A stretch of 64,000 nucleotides of DNA from Asterionella formosa. Lineage: Eukaryota. Location of the stretch: assembly GCA_002256025.1 (NCBI GenBank), contig NKIB01012718.1, positions 1-64,000 of the forward strand, read 5' to 3'. The notes under the pieces were generated by a model. It saw only the letters and a program-made list of their open reading frames with translations, ran no database searches and was not told where the DNA came from. The position numbers and the translations under genes are program-made. Every line of letters begins with the position of its first letter. The first letter of the stretch is position 1. Shown here piece after piece: positions 1 through 12,750 of this stretch.

Positions 1-1702
1 ATTGCACTTTTCAACCAATATTTTAGGAGAAACCAATTGCTATAAACTTATATCTAATGACATAGCCTTAAAGCGTACATGCTCAAGATTGGGATCGAAG
101 TTTTAAAATTAACAAATCTGCATTTGGGAGGGTCAAACCGTGTTTTTCTCTTGTTCAGTGGGTCACAGCGGTTCCAAATATTTTTTAGTGGGTCACAGCA
201 GTTTTTTACTGGTACCCAGTATGATGCATGCCAAGCATATATAATATTTAACGCTATACATACAGAATGTACAAAGTATATACAAGGTTTGTTGTATGTA
301 TGATGTGTTTCATGTCAAAAGCTAAGTACCGGTACATCTGATACATTATGCATCCGATTTCTTGACAAAATGTACAGTATTACAAATTTTATAAATTATT
401 TTTCGATTATCATGTTACTAAGTTAAAAGAGTCATTGAAAATTTAGTTAGGAAAAGTTTCTATCATTGATAGAAATTAATATTGATTTGCTACAAATTTA
501 GTCAAAAAAGTAATCCTGAGTTCCCCCGACTAACTCATTATGCATTTTCGGACACTTTTATGCAAAAAGTGTAATGGACCGTGAAGGTGATCCCAACTAC
601 CAGGGTACCGGTAGCTATTTTCCATATATCATAACTGTCCTGGGGTAGAGTGTCAGGTACCTGGTACCTGATACCTGACACCATGGTACAGCACTGAAAT
701 ATGTGGCCCTTGCCTCATACATTTCTATGCCACTACAGTGTGTTATTGGTGGTAATGACTATTTACTAGGGGCCCAGTGAACAGTTAACCCAAAATTTGC
801 AGAAATGCGAATTTTTAGTGGCTGCATGAGATGATGGGGCTGGGTGGGTTTAGGGTGGGTGTTATGAATAGAGACAAGGGTTGCGCGATTGCATTGAGGA
901 GAGCACTGAGCGTCTCCTGGAGCTACGCTATACTGCTGGAGAGCTTGTGTGCTGTTGGGAAGTCTTGCCAGTTTGGTTGAATGACCCAGTGGTGATTCAA
1001 GAACAATGGGATGATCCATTCAACAACCAGAAGTGATGATTGATGGTGTTCTGATGCATGATTGTTACTACATGTCAGAATTTGGTGTGCTTGCCCTGTG
1101 TTTGTGCTTACGTGGCACCATCCTTCCCTTCCCAGTCTACGGTACCCTGGTACCAGGTACCAAGTACTCTGGTGGTAACTTTATATCCCTGTATGCATAT
1201 GTACCCGGTACTCCAAGGAGTGCATAATTCATTGGACCCAGGACTGATACCCTGACGTAGTCCTTTCATCTGATTTTCGGCAAAACTTTTGAACCTCGAT
1301 ATTTATACCGTTATATCACTCTTTCAATGAGTTCTTAATCGCAATTCGCAATTCGAAAAGCCTTTAACAAATTTACAAATGCGCGGGTCACAAATATGAA
1401 ATCGGAGTATTTCATTTAAATATATCTTATTCCGATTCCGCCTTAGTCATCGAGGTCCGGTTCGATGTCTGCCACCTCAACGCCCACCAAACTTATTATG
1501 TACTGATGGCAGATCATTATATATGTTAAAATCCTTCCAGTTTGGGACTTTCGACTGATGTGGTCGGCACTAGATACTCCTACGAGGGTAACCCTAGTAA
1601 TTGGACAATTTTAATAAATTTTTTCACCCAAACCTTGACTTGACTACCAGGTAGCGGCAATCTACACAACATCAAACAAGCTGGACTACCGGTAGTGGAG
1701 AC

Positions 1703-3143
1703 ATGGCTGAGGCAATTAGAACCAGATCGAAGAAAACAGATGGAGCCTACGATTTCGACAGTGAATTGGGGCACCGATCAAACAAGAGTGAAAATAGGCA
1801 GATGATGACTGTGAGCGCACCTAAACCAGCCCATATAGCTGACGAGAGGGGTAAAGTCCCGGCCGGCACGAAAGACTGTGGATATAAGTCAACTACGCCA
1901 GGCGAAAATACAAAGGACGACAATACTGCCAATGAGCATGACAGGTCAATCCGTGACGAAACTATCATTCCAGTTGTTGTCGAGAATGCCTCAAGAAGTA
2001 AGTTTCCGTCATCCACTGTTTATCTGTATATTTAGGGTAAAGCTCTTCAGCTCACTTTCCCTGCCCTATTGACCTCCGCACATCTCCTCAATACTCTGGT
2101 CAGGTATCCTACCTTGGAGCTCAGTATCTGCCACCAGATTGTCTCCGCGTGAGGCTTTATACCAAGAATCCAAGAATACCACTCCAGCCCATCCTATGCA
2201 AGCAGCTCAGACCTTATTCCACTACGCCCAGAGTCAATTTGAAGCTGAGGCTCTGCAGTTATTACTCAAACGCCAGGTCACATCTGCCCTGGGCTCGAGC
2301 TCCTCAGGTGTTCTTGTTAGGTTGGCAAATACTCCTGCGTACGCTTCGCTACCTGTTCAATCGATGGGATCAACTGCCACCAACGCTGGATCCTTGACTC
2401 AAAGTCTCGCACATCAGTCAATCAATTTTCATCTTTTGGCGTATGGTCAACTTGCGAATAGTATTGCAATTAGAAAAGCCGATATGCTCCTGGCACAGCA
2501 AATCTGCCTTTCTGCTGGTATCCTGTTAGATCCCGCCATTTCTCAACAATTTCACGTTCAGTATCACGCTCCACATCAGCATGGAACGACCTTGCCTTCA
2601 ACTTCTGCTTCCAAACCGTCGCCCAGTAACTACTCCCAGCAACCCGCATCCTCCCCTGCATCTGGGATACTATTTTCAATTCAAGAAGGGCAAGCGACAG
2701 GCACTAACCGTAGATTGATCCTTTACATACCAAGCGACAATAATGTTCTTGCCGAAAACCAGATTACAATTAGACAAAACATCGAATTATTCGAGGCGAC
2801 ACAAGCGGATGTTGACACCTCTGTACCTGGTCGAAGGAAACCCCTAGTGGCTGGTCAAGTGGGTATTCAGTGTGTTCACTGTTCTCAACTGCCTGTCAAA
2901 AAAAGAAAGAAGGGAGCTAGATATTTTCCAGCCAAACTTGATGGGATTTATCAAGCGGCCCAGAACATGGCGTATTGCCATCTTCTACAATCATGTGAAC
3001 ACATCGATTGTAATGCGAAGCGCAAGCTACTTTCCTTTCAGAGATGCAGGTCGAATGGGCACGGTGGCAAGAGGTATTGGTCGCAGACAGCTATGGTACA
3101 AGGTGTAAGTGAGACTGATCGATTCGGTTTGAAATTCAACTGA
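1703..3143 (+). CDS. Uncharacterised diatom-type protein with a low-complexity N-terminus and a C-terminal Cys/His domain (putative Zn/DNA-binding); exons 1703-1997 and 2104-3143
   Basis: GTAAGT donor at 1998 and CAG acceptor ending at 2103 join ORF 1703 in frame to ORF 2139-3143. The C-terminal motif IRQNIELFEAT..GQVGIQCVHC..YFP..GIYQAAQNM..HL..C..GGKRYW resembles a family I recall from diatom proteomes. Confidence 0.7.
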
Positions 3144-3245
3144 GACGCACTACTTGAAGTGATAACTTCCAACGTACCGCGAGGAAAGCGCAACTTGAAA
3201 GCATGAGAAAAGCATAATCAAGAAGGGCCCTAAATATATTTTGAA

Positions 3246-5897
3246 TTATGATCTTGACTTCTTTCGACTTTCACCTTGATTCTCATCGCTGTGATGACTG
3301 GAGCAGAGTTGATGATAATGTGGCCAAGCCATCGTGCGCTTGCACGGTGCATTTGACATTGACATTAATTGCTGTCCTTGTGTTGAGAAACGTACTCTAC
3401 CATAATGATCAACTTCCAGTGGAGCAGGTATGCGATCATGTCGGTTTGCAACGCCCTGCCACCCAGAATGGTTCGCTGCCACACTCATTGCATCATTCAT
3501 GTACTTATTAGCTGCGATTCGTCTATCAATGAGCATTCGATCTAACATGCCATACTTCTCGAGAACTTGATATTCAAAGCATAGAAATTCAATGTCAGCA
3601 TTTGATGAAAAATCCATTGTCATTGGATCTTGGTACATGGCTGATTCCAAGTCGTCAACGTTCCCATCGAAGCCACCGTAGCACATGGCACTACATTCCA
3701 TAATTCGAAGTACTGCACATGCGTCTTCCAAAGTTACCATGTGCCTGTACATCAATCGAGCATGGGCCTGAGACAATCTAATCATCGACTCGAGAAATCG
3801 AACTGTAATTGGAATAGTGGAGCTGCCTGCCATTCTCATCTTCTCAAAGTGCCGTTCTAGGAGAAGCGCCGCACAGTCGCTAACGACCGGATGAAAGCGA
3901 TCCTTGACTATTGAAATATAAGCCCTCAGCTTTTCTATGGTCCACGGTATGACGCCTTCGGTGTCGCCCTTCCCAGCAGCGTCAAACCCAGCTCCCTGGA
4001 TGGCGCGATTGAGAAGGTAGGTGGAAATATTATTGTCTCTAGACGCGTCCGATGTATCCACGAGTTTGAAAATGATATCGAATCTTGACAGCAAAGGGGT
4101 GCCCAGTCCGGTATTCCTCGAAAGGCTGGCATGGTCATCGTACAAACAATCTTTAGGGTTCATCACTGCGATTATAGTTGCCCGGCAATTGAGTTTGCAA
4201 ACTATACCAGCCTTGGCCACAGACAATGTTTGCTGCTCCATTGCTTCGTGAATTGTTGTACGATCTTGAGGTTGAATGCATCCGAATTCGTCGATACAGC
4301 AGACACCCTTGTCAGCAAGGACCAAAGCCCCAGCTTCTAAAACAAAGTCTTTCCCGTTTCCTTCTCTGACCGCAGCACAAGTCAAGCCAGCAGAAGTAGT
4401 TCCTACGCCTGTTGTCAGAACAGAACGAGGGCACAAGGCAGCAGCAAATCGAAGAAACTGAGACTTTCCAGTTCCAGGGTCGCCAACCAAAAGCATATGC
4501 GACTGGTCTCTCCGGCGAGTCTGAACAGCGCCATTTTGCAACCTCCCATTCGTAACATTTCGCTCTTCTTCATATTCAAACGATACAGTTGACGGTTCCT
4601 CGTGCCTATCCTGAACTCTAAACTGAAAAGGGGCTGTATCGTCCTCGTTTTGGGAGGGGAAGCGTCTATGTGGCAATCTGTTAGGTCCTGTTTCACCATT
4701 CTTATTCGGTTCTTGATTTGGATGTGCATCAGACGAAACACCGCCAATAAGTGTCACCAGCAACCCAAGTTTCACCATGCTCATTCCATAGAGTTTCGGA
4801 CAAACAGCCCGGCAAATGAAGTCGCGAGCTGCGATAGGATTCTCTTTACTCCCAGAATCTTGCCAGTATGAGTCAAATTCCTTGCGCAGTTTTTCCAGTT
4901 CTCCGACGTTGTTGCTGCTTTCCTCTGATTTTTTCCATGCTGAAGCACCCTTTTCTTGCAGCACTCGAATGGAATGTGCCTTCAAGGCCATCCCGACGTT
5001 GCAGTCCGCATCTGGAGCAACTGATGATTGCCATTGAGCTAGCAACGAACCTACCAAAACAACTTCATCCCCAGGTTGACATTTATCTTGTGCCAAGTCA
5101 TGCTGAAGTTTGATCAAAAGTGACCTCGGAATATGACCTACGCTTAGCCTCGACGCGGCCTCTTGGATTTTGATTTCTTGAAAATCGGTATGAATACTGC
5201 CACCAGGAACGACCTCCATTTTCGTTCCTTTACATCGTTCTCCAGTATGGACCATCATTGGACAAGATTCTGGCGATACCAATGCATTGTGTTTCTGTTC
5301 CAAATCAGCATATATGACCACTTGTTTCCCACAACCATGTTTCCCAGAGCACTTATAAGTTCTTGCAGATTCGTACATTTGAACAGGAGACGCCCGAACG
5401 ACAGTACCAGAGACTTGCAATATTTTTCCTACATCTGACGCTTCCATTGATGCCAACGATGTCTTACAACAAAAAGGCGGCAAATGAACCAATCGAGCGT
5501 GCACCCGAGTAATGCTTTGCGCAGTCTCCGATTGGTCTCCCTTCACCACCCCGCCTCGAATATCGTCTGACGCTCGTAGCATGTGCTTTTGAGCATTTAC
5601 GATTGCATTTTCCAGGAGTGGCAGCAAAGTAGCAGGAAATCGTAGAAGTAGATGTCCGAGGACAGGATCCGCTTGCAGAAGATCAAAGGAATCAATTTCG
5701 AGAGAAAAATCTCTTGTTGTCGTCGATTGGGACGTGAGGAGCGCATGGAGCGACTCTTGGCAAGTTGGATTGGATATCAAATGATTCAAAAAGCGTTCCT
5801 CCACCTGATCTGGAGTTCCAAGATCTTTGTACGTGGCCCTGCATAAACGTTCAGCACTCCAATGGTCGACATCGTCAGGAGTACCTTGAGGTGTCAT
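3246..5897 (-). CDS. MCM9: DNA helicase MCM9
   Basis: MCM AAA+ motifs SHMLLVGDPGTGKSQFLRFAA, VLTTGVGTTSAGLT, LEAGALVLADKGVCCIDEF, IHEAMEQQTLSVAKAG and LLSRFD match MCM9-type wording; N-terminal Zn finger present. First ATG is at 5897 (the ORF track start at 5921 is GTG). Confidence 0.9.
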   Translation of the reverse strand: MTPQGTPDDVDHWSAERLCRATYKDLGTPDQVEERFLNHLISNPTCQESLHALLTSQSTTTRDFSLEIDSFDLLQADPVLGHLLLRFPATLLPLLENAIVNAQKHMLRASDDIRGGVVKGDQSETAQSITRVHARLVHLPPFCCKTSLASMEASDVGKILQVSGTVVRASPVQMYESARTYKCSGKHGCGKQVVIYADLEQKHNALVSPESCPMMVHTGERCKGTKMEVVPGGSIHTDFQEIKIQEAASRLSVGHIPRSLLIKLQHDLAQDKCQPGDEVVLVGSLLAQWQSSVAPDADCNVGMALKAHSIRVLQEKGASAWKKSEESSNNVGELEKLRKEFDSYWQDSGSKENPIAARDFICRAVCPKLYGMSMVKLGLLVTLIGGVSSDAHPNQEPNKNGETGPNRLPHRRFPSQNEDDTAPFQFRVQDRHEEPSTVSFEYEEERNVTNGRLQNGAVQTRRRDQSHMLLVGDPGTGKSQFLRFAAALCPRSVLTTGVGTTSAGLTCAAVREGNGKDFVLEAGALVLADKGVCCIDEFGCIQPQDRTTIHEAMEQQTLSVAKAGIVCKLNCRATIIAVMNPKDCLYDDHASLSRNTGLGTPLLSRFDIIFKLVDTSDASRDNNISTYLLNRAIQGAGFDAAGKGDTEGVIPWTIEKLRAYISIVKDRFHPVVSDCAALLLERHFEKMRMAGSSTIPITVRFLESMIRLSQAHARLMYRHMVTLEDACAVLRIMECSAMCYGGFDGNVDDLESAMYQDPMTMDFSSNADIEFLCFEYQVLEKYGMLDRMLIDRRIAANKYMNDAMSVAANHSGWQGVANRHDRIPAPLEVDHYGRVRFSTQGQQLMSMSNAPCKRTMAWPHYHQLCSSHHSDENQGESRKKSRS

Positions 5898-6414
5898 TGC
5901 GCTGCTTCGCGTTCGATGCACAAGCCCGCCCGATTTTATGTAGGTGAAATCCGACGAGATATGTATACCGGTAATAAGATCGCGAGGACGAACATATATT
6001 AACGCATTGTTATCAGAGTTGCTGTTAGGAAATATGGAAACTCATTTTACCTCAGATTAAAAATAATAGACAAAGGCACTGAGTGGATTAACGTGACAAA
6101 AAAGAAAAAGAAGGCCATGGCAAGACACAGGACCAATATATCCCTTCTTGGAACTTTTTTGACCTTGTTGGAAGGTCATTTTGACAAAATTTCCAGAGAT
6201 TGATATTTGCCGATCATGTAATTTCAGTCGTTCTTGATTTTTTGGATTGGGGTTGCGATAAATATAATTAATTTTTACCTCCAATAATAAGGACCAATGT
6301 TCCCCTTATTTTAATGATGGCAATTATTCTAGGGTTAAAGTTTTCATTATTGGAATCGAACTTCCAATGATGCCATGTATGATTCAGCTAATTGATCTAT
6401 TAGGATCTAATAAT

Positions 6415-6717
6415 TTTAAAGCCACATAAACAGATTTCCCCCGAATTTCTAGCCTTTTTTGCATAGTAAAAAACAGAAGTTCCTTTCTGCAGTTTCTCGC
6501 CAGATCCTATATCCTGACAATATATAGAGTGGACCTACACCCCTACTTTAACCGAAGACTGTATGTAAGCATATGGAAAGGGTATCTAATGGTGAAAGCT
6601 CCTCTGTTGAGCGTTCTACACGATTATTTTAGACGTGAAAAGTATGTGTTTGATTAGTCTGACTCAATTTTTATAATTTTATCCCTACCTCGAGCTAGGG
6701 GTTCAAATGCAGGAACC
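6415..6717 (+). mobile_element. Right-end fragment of a Kolobok-like DNA transposon
   Basis: About 270 bp highly similar to 12820-13100. Ends TAGGGGTTCAAATGCAGGAACC followed by TTAA (6718-6721), the inverted counterpart of the terminus at 10052. Confidence 0.7.
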
Positions 6718-7219
6718 TTAAGGGGCGATTTCAAAAGAGATAAAAAGTAGAAAATGTTGCTTTGCCCAATTTGTTGTATCTCACACGTCCGGGTGGTATG
6801 TTGCTTCCGTCAGTATTGCTGCAGATACAGTGTTGAGGTTGCTTGCGGCCCCGGCTTAACCCTAGTTTACAGTAAAACGTCGCTAGGGTTGTAAAGACAG
6901 CAGGGAACAAGGAGTTTGCTTCTATGATTTTTCATGATTTGGGTGTCTGTTTGAATATTTGAATTGGATAGGAATCAGTGCCAGACTGATATAGTTCCAT
7001 TTTAAACAAACAAAACTGATTTTAAAATGTTTAAATTACATCTTCGTTAGTGAATGTAGAAATAATTTTACTCCACGCAAAAACACATAAATAAATCAGG
7101 AGTATCCCGATATGTATTCTCACGGTTCTTGTTCAAACAAAAGATATTTTATCATTTCTACGTTTATATCAAATCTACGTTGCTGAATGTAGATTTATTA
7201 TTGGTCTACGCCCAAGAAA

Positions 7220-7222
<3 letters not shown>

Positions 7223-7251
<29 letters not shown>
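7223..7251. repeat. (AT)n microsatellite
   Basis: Uninterrupted AT dinucleotide run. Confidence 0.95.
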
Positions 7252-7255
<4 letters not shown>

Positions 7256-7258
7256 TTA

Positions 7259-7750
7259 CTCCATCTGTCCAATAACAGTTGGCCATTTTAACTCTTAGTA
7301 CGATTTTCTCCGGCTCAAATGCCCAACTGTGTGGCTTGCTTTAAGCTTCGGATCCATGTACAATACAAATGGTCCATGTAGGTGCAACAACCGCAGAAAA
7401 TATACCAAACGACAATTATTCTATTCATGTTATCATTATGAAAGTGGCTTGTTGTATTCGGTTTCCCGCAAATATTTGAGTGGCCGGCCGATGCGAGACA
7501 GCATTTGGCGACATGTACATGTATGCAATGAATATACATATGTTAAATTGGTCTCGATTAATTTATTTGTATGCTAAAAATTTAATTACATAAACAGAGT
7601 ATATGTTCACGACTATGGAACTCATAAATAATGTATTTTTTCGAGTAAGCCGACCCTCACATCGAAAGATGGTATGTTTGATACGTAATCCTTAATATGC
7701 AAGGAGTGGTGCCGGCGAATCGATGCAACTGTTATTGGACAGAACGGAAC
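7259..7750. mobile_element. Stowaway/mariner-type MITE, about 490 bp
   Basis: Terminal inverted repeats CTCCATCTGTCCAATAACAGTTG ... CAACTGTTATTGGACAGAACGGAA, TA at both flanks, no coding capacity. Confidence 0.7.
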
Positions 7751-9044
7751 TAGTTTACTGATTATGCTACATTACAACGAATACATGTGGTTCACGTGTG
7801 GCTGGTGTGATTTTACAAGACCGGCGGGATACTTCGGCGAATCTGGAGCAGGTGAGTGAATTCAATTCAACCAATCAGAATATGTGTAGTGATGCGGGAA
7901 CTTACCATGGAGTCTTTTTGAACAGAGAATTATGCAGGCAAATATACCTACGCAAGACTCCTATGTCTACGAGAACGTTTTCGCACGTACAAATTCCGAG
8001 TCCAATATTTTGGCGTCTATTAAAAAAGCCGATCGGGTCGACTTTTTGGAGGATGATTGCTCTAGATCTGTGGGGTTTCATGAAGATTAAAATAGATAGC
8101 CGTGCACCCTATGCATAATTTCAGGAGCTAACTTCTGGAGAGAAAGTGCAGCTATAAATCGTAGATATTTTTAATAGCTTGATAGCCCCCTTTTTTGATC
8201 ATCTTTAGCTAAGTCGACCAATGAATGTATCTAAGCATATGCAAAGTGGTCATATTGGCGAAAGCTAATTTACTTGTAACTATTTTATTTAGTTGTACGT
8301 AGTGTGTTGATTGAGGTTAATATTTTGGGGGGAAACCAGACCTCGCAATGTGTAACTGCAGGGCCGCAACGCTAATTTTATAAATTCAATCGATGTCATG
8401 TAATAAAATTAATCAACAAAGACATCATTTTTATCTCTAACATCAACAACGAAGAATTTTGGGAGGAGAGATCAACACTAGTTATCATTATTGCAACTCG
8501 TGCAATTATGGTTTCAGCAGATTCTAGCAACATTTACGAGTTGAATTGAACGTGCGACCGACAATGCAACGTTCCTTATTTTTTGATATCCCTGATGAAC
8601 GGAAGGGATGAGCCGATCGATCCACAAAATCCAAAATTCCATGGCGAGGATCTCTACTTGAGAACGACCACAAACAGAAGAAACACAAGAAGAATCAACT
8701 CGCCCAAATGCCAATGTTGCAAGATATAGTGGCATACATCATGGCCACCGATACCAACATCTCTAGCATTGGCCCCTGCGACTGCACAATGAAAAGTAGT
8801 TCCATCATCGCATTCGGCTTCACAATCTTTAGCTTTAAGTGTCACCAAACACTTGACGGCGTCTAAGATGCCACTCCCTAATGCCCAATGCAATAGTGTT
8901 GCTCAGTGAGAATCTGTTTCCAATGGATTGGCTCCACGTGAGAGGAGTAATTGAACTAAGCAAGTTGTATCGCTCATTTCGACTAGTGTATTGTGTTGTC
9001 CATGAGTTGTTGTCTTCCTTTTGACAAGCACTTACTACTGTATA

Positions 9045-9637
9045 CTTCATTGTTCTGGACCCCTATGGTTGCTGGACCCCACTGTACATTTTTCTCGGGG
9101 TGGAACCAAATACCCAATAATTTTCTTGTCATAGACAAAGTAACGTGCTATAATTCTTTTTGTCCTCGTAAGCACTAGTATATAAATTTTTAGCTACGAT
9201 TTAGCGATTCTTTTGTGCATACAAAACACAAGCGAAGACAGGTTGTGGCTGTGAGCAGCTGGAGAATCCTTCATCATGTTGTTGCAACCTTGACCATGAC
9301 GAAAATACGAATTATCTCCACGAAAATAGGGAACGACGCTTTGCTACTTGCTACCGGCATGAAGAACGACATGGAAAATACATCATAAAAGAAGTAAAGA
9401 AATAACACTAATAATGACAACGGAAATTGAGGTTGCCGATAACAACATGAAGTCGCGTTTTTCTTGCGAGGTGAAGAACTCTCTCATTTTTCACATCATG
9501 GAAATAATTGTCATATTGATACATCTTAGAAAAATGTGCGCTATCCTATGATAGAGCTACTGAAATTGACTTGGTCCATTATAAGGGAACTCTCTTCAGT
9601 CACAACAGTGTACATTGGAGGGTCCAGGACAATGAAG
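9045..9637. mobile_element. Non-autonomous TIR element (MITE), about 590 bp
   Basis: Left end CTTCATTGTTCTGGACCC and right end GGGTCCAGGACAATGAAG are inverted repeats; preceded by TA and followed by TTA. Confidence 0.6.
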
Positions 9638-10372
9638 TTATGGGTCAACATGGAAAGACAATATCACATGCTTCAACATGAGCGGTCTCAATGAATTTTT
9701 TTGTGTCATTGAATTTCGATTTGTCATTGTCATTTGAGTAATGATGATTGTCAGATAGGTTGTAATAATTGATGAAGTGCACATCATTGCTATTTTTTGC
9801 AGAATTTGATGTAAATGTTTGTGGAGACACGAAAAAAATGGCTAGCTGTTTTGCTGTCACTGGGGGGGGGAGTGAAATGTATCTCGGTAAAGATTCATTT
9901 TTTTGAATATATAATAAAAATGGGAAAAAGATATTTCATCCCCCTAACCCTAACCCTAGACTCTTCCATGGTAGAATCTGATGATAAGGGGTTAGGAAAT
10001 AGGGGGACGAAATATCTTCTTCCTAAAAATAATAATAAGTTATTTAATTAAGGTTGCTGCATTTGAAACCCTAGGCAAAATTTAAAATATTGCTTAGGGT
10101 TGCCAAAATTCCCTGGAATTAAGAATTTTATTAGCTATTTTTGAATGACGTGATTCCAATTTGAATTAATTAAATCAGTGGAAATTTGCGCGTACGTAGT
10201 ACATAGATTCCTTTTCGAATTCGCTAAAAAATATATATGAACAATCCCATCGCTGAATGTATATATACCCTATAATACGATCAACTTATGTGTGTCAGAG
10301 AATCAAGCTGGCAGCATGGCAAATATCGTTGATGACTATACTGGTAAGAAACAAAAAACGCAACAATCAACC

Positions 10373-10827
10373 ATGAGCGAAGTTACACATCATCATGACA
10401 ACAAGGGGGATGACACATTCAACTACAGTCATGATACCTGTCCAACATGTCAAGACCGGTTGATTGTAGAGTCGGATGTGGAGGGATGGCTGTGAGAGTC
10501 GCATCTTCTGCGAATGCTGTGATTTTGGTTGCCCTGAATGTCAGTGCCAATGGGCTGAAGTCGAAGAGGTGATGGAAATTTTCTTGGAAGATGATAACAT
10601 TCTCAGCAAACTGAAGGATGAAGAGATTACGGCGTCAAGAGCCCGCAACCTTCTCTACAAGTTTTTAATCACAATTTACTGTGGACCATTGGGAAAAAGG
10701 TGTTCGCATGGAACTTCCTGACTGTTGTTTGAAGGGGGTTCGATCCCTATTGAAAAGCAAGGACCGAAACGAAGAGTACACTGGCTTCAAACCTGTTTCT
10801 AAACGTTCTAAATCTAGTATTGATTAG
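10373..10827 (+). pseudogene. Frameshifted Cys-rich ORF resembling KolX / the P2X7 C-terminal ballast domain
   Basis: Correcting two frameshifts (about 10490 and 10697) gives CPTC..CECCDFGCPECQCQW..RNLLYKFLITIYCGPLGKGVRMELPDCCLKGVRSLL..EEYTGFK, matching the Y....G.LG.G.R..LP.C....R......Y.GF pattern. Confidence 0.6.
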
Positions 10828-11029
10828 TGTGTTTTAATATTTTCATTCACTTCAATAGAAATTTTACATCAATGCACCTAGTATGTATGATGTTTTAAAG
10901 TCATCATCTAGAAGTGAGGTGGCATGTACTCTTCTTGTTTTCTTTATTATTTTGTTAACGTTGTTCTATAATTTTTTAATTTAACACATCGGTAATAACA
11001 ACAGACAACATTGACAACTAAAGCAACAT

Positions 11030-12750
11030 GCCACGCTCCAGTGGTGGCCGTGTTTTGGCAGAAATTGGAGTTGGTGGTCATGGACATCGGAATATAGTCA
11101 ACGACGAAAATCAGAATTGGTAGTGTCCTACGCACAATCAAACAACCTCCTCCTGCAACAATCACATCTACCATTCAACCAGTTTTTCAGCAAAGCAGGA
11201 ATCAAGTCATCGATTATCCTTCATTGTCGACATTGCTACAGGAAAATGTGTTTTACAGAACATGTGTTAGTACATTTGTTGATGAATATAGTAAACAAAC
11301 TGTTCGTGCCTTTGTAACTTACCTACAAAACAATAGTGCCTACCACATTACAATGGCAGAGAAATGTGATTCTTTCTTGGAACAAGCCTTGTTAGAAAAA
11401 TCAGTAGTGCAACCGTTGATTGTTGTGTCATCAGAGACCTACGGGTTGGCAAGTGCCGTCAAAATAACATGTTTGACCTGTCAAAAACAGGTTGCTAAAC
11501 TCAAATCTGCAAGAAGCTGCAACAACGAAGATGAAGACCATGGTGAGATAAAGAAAAAAGAAGCAAAACAGTTTGCAATCAACCAGCAGTTTATTCTTGG
11601 TTGTCACGAAGCTGGATTGGGACCTGGTGACACTGACATTGTTTGTTCCGCAATGAACTTACGTCTTGCAGTTGGATTTTGGTCAACCCAAGGTAATTTC
11701 ATTGTGGTAGAAGAGAAAGTTGGTAAGGCGGAAGTGGCAACCACTGCTCTTGCTATGGAAGAGGCTTGTTGGGAGGAAATATATCAAGCACTGAATGTGC
11801 GGCCGTGAACACGGCAATTGGGCTGACAAAGGACAAGATTTCCAGTGGTGGAATAGTCTACCTGTTACAGAACGCATGTCTGTACTCAATATGCCACGAC
11901 TCACCATTACTTATTATATGGGATGGCAGCCCTGAACCAAGGTTTCTTTCCGATCCATCGCACAGGATCCGCATTCTTCTCCGCCCTGCCTCTCTAAAAT
12001 CCAATGGCCCAGTCTGTGTAGAGCGACCTTCCAAGAAAGCAGATTGTCTCCAACTAAAGTTATATTATGGAGCATGCATTAAAAAAACCGGAACCTCTCT
12101 CTAACCGAATTCACGGAGTCCTCCAAAGCCCAATCAACCACTTGTTTGGTTGCCACAACTACTGCTCTGAGTCATGGTGTCCTGTAAAGTCTGGATCATG
12201 ACAAGGAAAAGGAAACGAAATTATACAAATGGTTAATGAAAAATGAGGCAACAAAAGTCGAAGGAGAAAAGCTCCTTTCATTGTATCATTCCTTTGATAG
12301 AAGACCAAGATCAGAAGGCCACAACAAAGAATTGCAAATGCGCAATGCAAACATTGCGGCCGGAACAATCATCAGAGAAAAAGCAGCACACTCTGTCCAT
12401 TTTTTCAAGGCAAAGCGAATAATACTAGTACCAGTACTGGTATTACATGTGCATCCAGTGTGGCCGGCATAAGTTTGCAACGCCCTGCACATCAGGCAAA
12501 TCAAATGGATGTAAGTTCTATGTTGACCAATCATATTGTAAATGTGGAAGCGGGCACTTACAATGGAATTTGTTGGACAGGAGATTTTAGGGCTATAAAT
12601 TACGGCACATGACTACTATTCCGATGATGACGTTTCGGCTCATATTTATTCTGATTTCGATATTTTGGCAACTGTAGAAAGGCCGATTTAGTCGAATTTT
12701 TGGATGATGATAGCTCAACGTTGGCTGGGTCTGAAGGCGATTTAGATACA
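11030..12750 (+). pseudogene. Disrupted transposase (Mutator-like/Kolobok-type)
   Basis: GLASAVKITCLTC...FAINQQFILGCHEAGLG...VCSAMNL and FLSDPSHRIR fragments, broken by multiple stops and frameshifts. Confidence 0.6.

Noticed and set aside
120..810. Possible transposon termini near 204-221 and 765-782
   Set aside because: The match is weak, the ends face outward, and the partner ends are not visible in this window.
3248..5947. Numerous short antisense or alternate-frame ORFs inside real genes
   Set aside because: Shadow ORFs of MCM9; the same applies to those overlapping the other genes.
8500..9044. Coding-like minus-strand fragments
   Set aside because: Short and interrupted, with no recognisable motif.
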